A stretch of 64,000 nucleotides of DNA from Candidatus Latescibacterota bacterium. Its GTDB lineage: Bacteria > Latescibacterota > UBA2968 > UBA8231. Below are positions 47,693 to 55,820 of this stretch, in pieces. The position numbers were made by a program, and so were the translations under genes. The notes under the pieces are model-generated. The model made no database searches. It worked only from the letters and a program-made list of their open reading frames with translations, and was not told the DNA's origin. The stretch is from positions 4,768,001 through 4,832,000 of the forward strand of contig OZ242214.1 of assembly GCA_965206595.1 (NCBI GenBank), written 5' to 3'. The number at the start of each line of letters is the position of its first letter. The stretch's first letter is position 1.

Positions 47693-49849
47693 ATGACTGA
47701 AAAAATCCTTCAGGATCCTCCCGGTGTAGTGGATTACATCGACCAGATTCGTCAACTCGCAGATGACAATAGGTCCTCTCTCGGTTTTCTCCCCGCAAGT
47801 GCCTATACAGAAGCCGCAATGAAAGGACACCTCTGGATCGCCATCGACAGGAATACGAAGAAACTACGTGGTCATCTGTTCTTTGGCGGAAGCTATCCCC
47901 ACCTCAAGGTCTTCCAAGTCCATGTTCTCCCTGAGTATCGATTTGAAGGCGTAGGAGGAAGACTGGTCGGGGCGCTCAAGGAATACGGGGAAGACAACAG
48001 TTGGTTGACCATCCGTTCCAGAGTGGCTTCGGACTTGGAGGCGAACAAATTCTGGCAGGGGTCGGGGTTTCGAATTGTACGCCAGATCCCTGGAAAATCG
48101 AAAAGGACGATAAACGTTTATGAACTCGAACTGGACGTCCCATCCCTTTTCGGTAGGAGACAGTTTCCCGGGGCATCCAGTGGTGATGACGGAAGGCAAA
48201 TAGCCTACGCCAGGCCCCTGTTGCCCACGCCCTCCTATGTGATCGATCTGAACGTATTCTTCGATGCTGTGAGGCAACGGGATGCGGGAGAGTCAGCTTT
48301 CATATTCTCCTCGGCTCTAAACGGCGAAATACGTGTCAGGGTCACCCCTGAATTCAGGAGGGAACTGGAACGTCGCTCGCCAGATGTGTCCGACGACCCT
48401 GTTCTGGAATTTGCCAGAACCCTCCCGACCTTGCCAGAAATATCGCCAGGAATACTGGCGCGTCTGATTTAGGATCTGAAAGACAAACTTTCGGTGGCTG
48501 ATACAAGAACGGGTAAGTGGGCCGCAAATGAGCAATCGGATCTTGTTCACTTGGCATCGTGCATTCATCATAAAGCCTTCGGTTTTGTAACTCGCGACGC
48601 CAGAATTCTTCGACACAGCGGGACACTTCTGGAAAAGTACAGCCTGAGAGTTATATCACCCCTTGACCTCAGGGAACCGTTCGGGGAGGTGGACACATAC
48701 CTGCCTGAGTTCTCGGTAGCTGTTGGCCAAGAGGAAATCAGGGTTTCAAATCTTGATGAAGGCGATGCGGGGGCCGAGAGCTTCCTGAGAGAGATGGGGA
48801 TTGATGAAACCGCTATATCCTATTGTCTTGCCGCTGGAACAACGCAGTCTCCGAGGACGAGATTGGTTGTACGAACGGGGGAGGGAATAGTAGGAATAGG
48901 ATCATGGGAGGCAAGAACCAGTTTGTCCAGGAAGGCGGACGCATACCTATATGTCGACGAGGGGAACTGGAATGCTGACAGAGCGATCGATTACCTGTTG
49001 GAATCCATGACCAACCGGGGGCATCAGGGACAACTATTCTCGTTCGACCTGAAGACGGGGCCAGGGCAAAGACTGACCCGAGAAGTGGCAATCCGCAGGG
49101 GATTCCAGCCGATTCGAGGTGAAGAAGGAAATGCTTTACAGAGTCTCAGGAAGGTGTCCCATAGAGGAGTAATTACAAATGACAATTGGGAGTCCTTCAG
49201 AAATGACTTCAAGGAAGCTACTGGTTTTGAACTTGCTCACAGCATGCCAAAGCACGATGAGTTGTCCAACACCGGCATTGTCTTTAATAACAGATCTTGG
49301 CCTATAACGCTTTCCCTTTTCGACTTCGAAACCTTGGTGTCTCCCGGCTCGATCATTTGTCCCGGCCGAGGCGGCGTAATTGTGCCCATTAGGGAGAGAT
49401 TTGCCCATGAATTGGTACCCCCGACCGATAGTCAGACATCATTTCTTCCTGGTAAGGAAGCTGCATTGCGGTTGGAAAGGGCCTATTTCTGCCGGGTCGG
49501 GACCCAGAGAATGGTCGGACGGGGCACAGTGTTGGTCTTCTATGTCAGCGGCAGACAGAAGGCGGCCGTTGCCATTGCGAGGGCTACCTTCTGTGACAAG
49601 CTGACGAAGACCCAAGCGGTATTGAACCTCCGGAGGCAAGGAGTATTATCGGAGGAGGAAATAGGCCAGAGGGCAAATTCTAATGGTGAGCTCACGGCGA
49701 TGACCTTTGATAACCTGTTCCTTTTCCGCAGAAGTATTCCTTACCGGGACCTGAAGCAGATGGGATGTGTGGGAGGAGCGAATCTGGTTACAGCACAGCG
49801 ACTTTCCCATGAAGCACTTTCCGCAATCGTGGAAAGAGTATTGGATTGA
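47693..49849 (+). pseudogene. GNAT-PIN-GNAT-like-EVE/ASCH multidomain protein interrupted by a single in-frame TAG (48470-48472)
   Basis: ORFs 47567..48472 and 48494..49849 share a frame. GNAT (V.PEYRFEGVG, ANKFW...GF); PIN acidic residues on both sides of the stop (VIDLN, ELE | SDLVH, VTRD); PUA-like C-terminus (IVPI...F, RAYF, VFYVS). Confidence 0.75.
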
Positions 49850-49856
49850 AGAGTTC

Positions 49857-50318
49857 ATGGACCAAGCCATAATTTCTCTTAAGCCTCAATACGCGAACCT
49901 GATTCTGTCTGGGGAAAAGACGGTAGAACTCAGGAATAGAACTGTTAGATTGAAATCTGGAACCACGATTTGGATATACGCAACCCAACCTGTGGGCAGG
50001 ATAGTCGCTAATGCGAAAATAAAAACGGTTTCTCATGGAATCCCTGCCGAAATATGGGACCGCTACGGTGAAAAAATCTGCATCGAAAAAACACACTTCG
50101 ATTTCTACATAGGAAATAGTCGGCAGGTATCGGCCTTGGTCCTTTCCTCGGTAAAGAGAATCCAGGATCCTTGCACCCTGGAAAACATTCGTCAAGTCGT
50201 TGAGGATTTTCACCCCCCACAGTTTTATTCTCATCTACCTTCGGATGACCTGCTATTCGGAACTCTGAACAGTTTAGCGAACCATTCTGTTTCACGCCGG
50301 CGAAGGTCGTCCGGGTAA
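49857..50318 (+). CDS. ASCH domain protein
   Basis: IISLKPQYANLILSGEKTVELR, IYATQPVG, PPQFYS. Confidence 0.88.
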   Translation: MDQAIISLKPQYANLILSGEKTVELRNRTVRLKSGTTIWIYATQPVGRIVANAKIKTVSHGIPAEIWDRYGEKICIEKTHFDFYIGNSRQVSALVLSSVKRIQDPCTLENIRQVVEDFHPPQFYSHLPSDDLLFGTLNSLANHSVSRRRRSSG

Positions 50319-50502
50319 GGATCCTGGCAAACGCCCAACCCCTGAAAAAATTCGTTCGCTCCCTAACAGAACCGGATTTGGGAGGCTTTCGTAACGCGGA
50401 AAAAGCCCGTGATCGAAGAGGAACGGGAAAAGCAGCACCACCTGCTCCTGGAGGACTTTGGAGACCATTCTCTATGGCCGCCCATCCACTAAATCCTTTT
50501 GG

Positions 50503-50807
50503 CTCCTGCAAGATGCTCCACGCCTACGGAGGCCGCTGCCTCCTCATCCCCGCCACCAACCACGAGGGTCTCCTCGATACCGCCATCTGGCGGGGCTTCG
50601 AGGAAGTGCTTTCCTCAAGCCGCCTACGCTTCGCTGTGCCGGCTACTTGCGGTCAAGCTGCGCGGTGGACGACGGGGTTTCGAGGTGGTGGAGATCGCCG
50701 GGCGGGGCCGGTTCAAGGGCGCCAGTCATGCCGACGTCGGGCGCTTCGTGCGCCGGGCAGTGAAGGAGATGGTGCTGGAAGGTGAGGCTCCGGGTGCAGC
50801 ACCTTGA
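50503..50807 (+). pseudogene. Frameshifted C-terminal relic of a classical AAA ATPase
   Basis: Across frames: LLQ/ML..YGGRCLLIPATNHEGLLDTAIWRGFEEVL (degraded second region of homology) then RLLAVKLRG...GASHADV.RFVRRAVKEMVL. Confidence 0.6.
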
Positions 50808-50874
50808 GTCGGCGCGACAGTCGGACAACTTCCCCTGGCGCGTAACGTACTTGCGGAACAGGGGTGGGTGACAA

Positions 50875-51255
50875 ATGGCTGAGAACGACTGGTACGAAGA
50901 ACTTCCGGAGGACTGCCCGCCAAGAGACGCGGGGGCGCCCGTTTCTGAACCGCACTTCCGGGTCGTTCGGACGATTCCCCCGACTGACTGCGATTTCGTT
51001 TCCCAGAGAGCACTCTACCCGGAACGACCGTTCTCGGTACCTGAGTGCCAGGCACGGGCGGTATCGCTTTTCCCCGTTCGCAAGAGCGCCAGTGGGGTCT
51101 TGAAATTGCCACGGTTCAAGGGTGGAGCGATCGTTTCCCTTACTCTTCCTCCAACCGCTGGCGTTACCAAGAAGACCGGTGGCAAGCCGGGCCACGTGTC
51201 CTGGTGGCGCCGCGCCAACTTCGACCCGGTCCCATTGGCCTTGCCAGTTAGCTGA
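50875..51255 (+). CDS. Small hypothetical protein, candidate ADP-ribosyltransferase/RES-like fold
   Basis: 126 aa; LP..CPP, HFR, DF.S, C.A.AVSLF, GHVSWW; 15 bp before the next gene. Confidence 0.55.
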   Translation: MAENDWYEELPEDCPPRDAGAPVSEPHFRVVRTIPPTDCDFVSQRALYPERPFSVPECQARAVSLFPVRKSASGVLKLPRFKGGAIVSLTLPPTAGVTKKTGGKPGHVSWWRRANFDPVPLALPVS

Positions 51256-51270
51256 AGCGGGGGCTCAACA

Positions 51271-52440
51271 ATGCGCAGATCCGTCCGGCTTGTGCGAACC
51301 CTGATCTACTACGATGGACCTCAGGTGATCGTGGCCAGTGATGAGGTGGGACAACTCTATCTCGGATTGCTGGTCCAGGCCCCGGACGGCGGGGATGCAT
51401 ACCTGCTGACGCCCATCTCAGCAAGTCGGTTGTATCAACTGGAGACCGGTATTCTGGACGTCCGCGGTGCGCTTACGATCCCTGAAGTTGACGAGTACTA
51501 TACTGCGGCGCTCACTGGTGACACCGAAGTGGAGGACCGCTTGCCGCTGTCTCCAGTGGGTCACCCCCCTGAGAAGTGGCTCCCCGAGCCCGACCTTCGA
51601 GTGTCGGACTTCGTGGAGCCGGACGCTGTGACGCAGGAGGTAACGTCCCGTGGCAAGGCCGTCTTGCACCTTCGGATGAGCCCTCCCGAATCCCACATCG
51701 CGGCACAGATAGGTGTTACCAACCTGGCCATATGTCTGTCACTTTTCCAGAATCTGGTTGGCCAGGCATATCGGAAGGTTCTTCGCGATGTCGGCCCCGA
51801 TACACGAAAAATGATTGCCGATGAGTCTAACTGGATGATGGACGTCTCTGGCTTTTCCCACGGGTCCTTCACCATCCATTTGCAGTCGAGGGCGGAGCCT
51901 GACTTGCTCGGATACGTAGGTCTGTCCCGGGCCCTGGATCGGGTCGATGCCCTGACCGAAGGCATCGATGCACCGGAGGCAGGACTTTCGACTATGCGTC
52001 AGAACAGGGGTCACCTCGTAGCTGCCTATCGGCGATTGCTGAAGTTCCTGGTTGACTCGGAATCGGCCCTTGGATACCAGTGGTCGGCACCGGACCGGAC
52101 GTTCTCATCCACCAGGGCGATTTCTCGAGATTCCGCAGAGAGACTCTACAGCTTGATCGTGGCGCAGAAGGACTTGACGGTCGAGGAGGTCAGTCTCAGG
52201 GGTGTCTTCATACACGTCAACGTGGAATCGGGCCTCTGGACCCTGCGGGACGACGAAGGGATCTCGCATCACGGCCGTTCCGCCAGTGACTTGCAAGGCG
52301 CGCTGAGTGGTTTGATCGTGGACACTCAACGATACGAGGTGGACTGCATTGAACGAGTTGAAGAGACTGGAGTTGGCGAGATCCGGACAAGTCTTGAGTT
52401 GAAGGGGATCGAGCCACTCGAAGGGATAACTACTGCATGA
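51271..52440 (+). CDS. DUF6575-like N-terminal domain protein
   Basis: 389 aa; L.YYDGPQV....D..G..YLG....YL..PIS..RL..L..G..DVR, LPEPD, GSF; family recognised from memory. Confidence 0.55.
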   Translation: MRRSVRLVRTLIYYDGPQVIVASDEVGQLYLGLLVQAPDGGDAYLLTPISASRLYQLETGILDVRGALTIPEVDEYYTAALTGDTEVEDRLPLSPVGHPPEKWLPEPDLRVSDFVEPDAVTQEVTSRGKAVLHLRMSPPESHIAAQIGVTNLAICLSLFQNLVGQAYRKVLRDVGPDTRKMIADESNWMMDVSGFSHGSFTIHLQSRAEPDLLGYVGLSRALDRVDALTEGIDAPEAGLSTMRQNRGHLVAAYRRLLKFLVDSESALGYQWSAPDRTFSSTRAISRDSAERLYSLIVAQKDLTVEEVSLRGVFIHVNVESGLWTLRDDEGISHHGRSASDLQGALSGLIVDTQRYEVDCIERVEETGVGEIRTSLELKGIEPLEGITTA

Positions 52441-52558
52441 GTGCCGGGGAGAACAGCGGTTGTGAGTCGCCCCAGAGGAGCCTCTGGGCCAGCCTGGCGA
52501 GCTCGACTGGTCCGCGATCGCTACGGCACTGGTTACTTCTAACGCGGAGGAAGATGGG

Positions 52559-53131
52559 ATGGTAGAGTACAAGACAGGCAACATCCTCGACGAGGATGTG
52601 GAAGCCCTCGTAAACACGGTCAACTGCGTCGGCTTCATGGGCAGGGGAATCGCCCTGCAGTTCAAGAAGTCCTGGCCTGATAATTTCAAGGCATATGAAG
52701 CTGCCTGTCGCAAGAAGGAAGTTCAGCCTGGACGCATGTTCGTGTTCGAAACGGGACAGTTGGTTTCGCCTCGCTACATCATCAACTTCCCGACCAAGCG
52801 GCACTGGCGGGGCAAGTCCAGGATCGAAGACATCGACTCGGGTCTGAATGCGCTGATTGCCGAAGTCCGGTCTCGGAAAATCTGCTCCATCGCGATTCCT
52901 CCCTTGGGCGCTGGGCTCGGCGGACTTGCCTGGGCAGATGTACGGGTGCGGATCGAAAGGGCAATGCAGGACCTTCCGGACGTACGGACGATAGTGTTCA
53001 AACCCCATGATGCTCCTGATCCGGTGGAACCAGCAACTGCGAGAAGGGTGCCCGGGAGGCAGCAAATACCATCGGACAAGCCATCCATTCCCGCAGGCAA
53101 TGCCAATGGAATCAAAGCTCAAACATCTTGA
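52559..53131 (+). CDS. DarG-type macrodomain (ADP-ribose glycohydrolase) lacking the C-terminal domain
   Basis: ALVNTVNCVG.MGRGIALQFK, IINFPTKRHWR..S, SIAIPPLGAGLGGL.W; homology ends at about aa 165; GGAGG RBS. Confidence 0.85.
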   Translation: MVEYKTGNILDEDVEALVNTVNCVGFMGRGIALQFKKSWPDNFKAYEAACRKKEVQPGRMFVFETGQLVSPRYIINFPTKRHWRGKSRIEDIDSGLNALIAEVRSRKICSIAIPPLGAGLGGLAWADVRVRIERAMQDLPDVRTIVFKPHDAPDPVEPATARRVPGRQQIPSDKPSIPAGNANGIKAQTS

Positions 53132-53534
53132 ATTGATCCAAGGAGTGGTCAACCGCCTTGCGACCGACTCGTTCCGCGTGAAGGGGTGGATCGTGGTTCT
53201 GGTCACTGCCTTGTTCGTCCTGTTGGCGATAGAGGATCGCCTCCATGCTGCCTACATCGCATTGGCACCTGTCCTCGTCTTCTGGGGCCTCGACGGCTAC
53301 TACCTGTGGCAGGAGCGCCTGTTCCGGGCGCTTTACGACCGTGTCCGGGTGGTGGACGAAAGTGAAGTCGACTTTTCAATGGCCACCGCTGCGTTCCGAA
53401 CGGGTTGGAAGCGCTCTTGGCTTGGCTCAACCTTGTCGATAACGCTGGTTCCGTTCTACGGAGCTCTCATCATCGCGATTGTTCTGGTCGTATTCTACCT
53501 TCCAGGAGAACAAGCTATTAATAACGGCTCGTAG
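53106..53534 (+). CDS. Small multi-TM protein of the type found next to ThsB-like TIR genes
   Basis: KLKHLELIQGVVNRLA..SF..KGW, FWGLDGYYL.QERLFRALYD.VR; three hydrophobic segments. Confidence 0.7.
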   Translation: MESKLKHLELIQGVVNRLATDSFRVKGWIVVLVTALFVLLAIEDRLHAAYIALAPVLVFWGLDGYYLWQERLFRALYDRVRVVDESEVDFSMATAAFRTGWKRSWLGSTLSITLVPFYGALIIAIVLVVFYLPGEQAINNGS

Positions 53535-53637
53535 AGGCCGGGACGGCGTCGCCGATTCCGTACAAAGGCGGATAGGTTTCTTTACCTACCCTTCCGGATA
53601 GCACCCCTTTCCGTCTTGCTTTCGAGAGGATACAACG

Positions 53638-55215
53638 ATGCGTTTTTTCAGCACTGCTGGTCCGGTCAAGCCCGAAAAGCACCACTGCATCCCGCCGTTG
53701 GACCGGCTGAACCTCGCCGAGGTGCTCGCGTTGGTGCGGGACGAGAAGTACTTCGTTTTGCATGCGCCGCGTCAGACGGGCAAGACGTCGGTCCTCCTGG
53801 CGCTGCGCGACCTGCTCAACGCCGGAGTGGCCTATCGCTGCGTGTACGTCAATGTCGAGGCCGGGCAAACCGGGCGCGAAGACGTGGAACAGGTCATGCG
53901 CACCATTCTGGGAACGTTGGCGTTGCGAGCGAGCGTGACCCTGGACGACGAATTTCTGCTCGCGGTCTGGTCGGACATCTTAGCCGAGTTCGGTCCGCAC
54001 GCCGCTCTGCAAGTGGCGTTGACGCGCTGGTCCAAGGCCGACCCGAAGCCCTTGGTGCTGCTCATCGACGAAATTGATTCCTTGATCGGCGATTCCTTGC
54101 TGTCGGTGCTGCGCCAGTTGCGGTCGGGATACGATCTGCGGCCAGAGGGTTTTCCGCAGAGCGTGGTGCTGTGCGGGGTGCGCGACGTGCGCGACTATCG
54201 CATTCAATCCACCGCGGAGAACGCCATCATCGCCGGTGGCAGCGCGTTCAATATAAAAGCGGCATCCCTGCGGTTAGGGGACTTTTCCCGGGAGGAGGTG
54301 CGGGCGCTGCTCGGTCAGCACACCGAGGAGACGGGGCAGGTGTTTACCCCCGAGGCGCTGGAGACGGTCTGGACGCAGACACAAGGGCAGCCGTGGCTGG
54401 TCAACGCGCTGGGCGACGAAGCCTGTTTCCAGGGCGAATGTGCGCAGGCGTGGCATCGTCCGGTCACCGCCGAAGCCATCCGCGCCGCCCAGGAGCAGCT
54501 CATCCTGCGGCGCGAGACGCATCTGGACCAGTTGGCCGACAAACTCAAGGAGGAGCGGGTTCGCCGGGTTGTCGAGCCGCTGTTGAGCGGCGGAGAGGAA
54601 CGCCACTTCGCCGACCGCGACATCGAGTATGTGCGGGATCTCGGGCTGGTCGCACAAGACCTGCCGTATCGCATCGCCAACCCGATCTATGCCGAGGTGG
54701 TGCCGCGCGAACTGACGTGGGTGGTGCAGGGGGAATTCGAGCAGGACGCCGCCTGGTATGTGGATGCCGGGGGGGGGCTGGACGTGGTCAAGCTGCTGTC
54801 GGCGTTCCAGGAGTTCTTCCGCGAGCACTCCGAACACTGGGTCGAGCGATTCGAGTACAGGGAAGCCGGCCCCCAGTTGCTGCTGCAGGCGTTTTTGCAG
54901 CGGATCGTCAACAGCGGCGGTCGCATCGAGCGCGAGTACGGATTGGGGCGGATGCGGACGGACTTGCTGATCGTGTGGCCGCAAGGAGAGCGGACGCGCC
55001 GGTTCGTCGTCGAGTGCAAGGTGCTGCACAGGAGCTTGGAGCAGACGATTGCCGAGGGATTGGAACAGACGTTCGAATACATGGATCGCTGCGGAGGGGA
55101 GGCGGGCCACCTGGTGATTTTCGACCGGCGTGAAGGTCGGCGTTGGGCGGACAAACTGTTTCACTGCCGCCGGGTGTCGGACAGCGGGGTCGAGATCGAT
55201 GTGTGGGGGATGTGA
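53638..55215 (+). CDS. AAA-like ATPase with C-terminal PD-(D/E)XK nuclease-like domain
   Basis: Walker A APRQTGKT, Walker B LLIDEID, REYGLGRMRTDLLI...VVECK. Confidence 0.8.
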   Translation: MRFFSTAGPVKPEKHHCIPPLDRLNLAEVLALVRDEKYFVLHAPRQTGKTSVLLALRDLLNAGVAYRCVYVNVEAGQTGREDVEQVMRTILGTLALRASVTLDDEFLLAVWSDILAEFGPHAALQVALTRWSKADPKPLVLLIDEIDSLIGDSLLSVLRQLRSGYDLRPEGFPQSVVLCGVRDVRDYRIQSTAENAIIAGGSAFNIKAASLRLGDFSREEVRALLGQHTEETGQVFTPEALETVWTQTQGQPWLVNALGDEACFQGECAQAWHRPVTAEAIRAAQEQLILRRETHLDQLADKLKEERVRRVVEPLLSGGEERHFADRDIEYVRDLGLVAQDLPYRIANPIYAEVVPRELTWVVQGEFEQDAAWYVDAGGGLDVVKLLSAFQEFFREHSEHWVERFEYREAGPQLLLQAFLQRIVNSGGRIEREYGLGRMRTDLLIVWPQGERTRRFVVECKVLHRSLEQTIAEGLEQTFEYMDRCGGEAGHLVIFDRREGRRWADKLFHCRRVSDSGVEIDVWGM

Positions 55216-55373
55216 GCGGTGGGGTTCTGGTTGACCCTGAAGTCGGATTTCACCGATGCCCATCGCCGGCACTGGTCAGACGCTGAACTGCTCTTCCAGT
55301 GATGCATCAAAGACAGCCAAGAAGTAAGTCCCCGTGACCGACAAACCCCAGACCCGCAAACCCGGTAGCTGCA

Positions 55374-55763
55374 ATGGTCGTCCGCAACAGCTGGGTGACG
55401 CAGGGAAAGGAGGCAGCGGGTTTTGTTGACGCTGCTGATTTCGAGAAGATCAAGCGACAGGGGGATGCGGCCATTGAGCGATGGATCGACAACCAACTCC
55501 TTGGCACCTCCGTAACCGTCGTATTGGTAGGAGCTCGCACCTGTTCAAGCAGGTGGGTAAAGTACGAAATAGAGCAGAGCAAGAAGCGGAACAACGGTTT
55601 ACTTGGAATCGACATCGGCAAAATCAAGGATCTGGATGGAAACACGACTAAACGGTGCGGCAAAATACCGGCTGGTTACCCGTTCTATCTCTGGAATAAA
55701 CATGATGGCTACAACAACATGGACGATTGGATAGAGGAAGCGGCCAGGGACGCAGGGCGCTGA
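55374..55763 (+). pseudogene. ThsB/MTH538-like TIR domain (DUF1863) lacking its first beta strand
   Basis: VRNSWV, WIDNQL.GTSVTVVLVG..T..S.WV.YEI..S..R.NGLLGI, WIEEAA; the usual MARR-VFFSF N-terminus is absent. Confidence 0.75.
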
Positions 55764-55820
55764 AGCGTATTGGGATTGGACGACGGACGAACTATACACC
55801 ATTAGCGGATCAGATAAAAA

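Noticed and set aside
48470-48472. Pyrrolysine recoding of the amber codon, prompted by the class I LysRS in the window
   Set aside because: No pyl genes or tRNA-Pyl are seen, TAG is a normal stop for other genes here (for example zapA and the Nramp-like transporter), and LysRS1 does not imply Pyl.
52559-55763. Canonical type II Thoeris (macrodomain + TM + TIR)
   Set aside because: The macrodomain is DarG-type and separately encoded, and the TIR is truncated and displaced; the juxtaposition is more likely from cassette decay.
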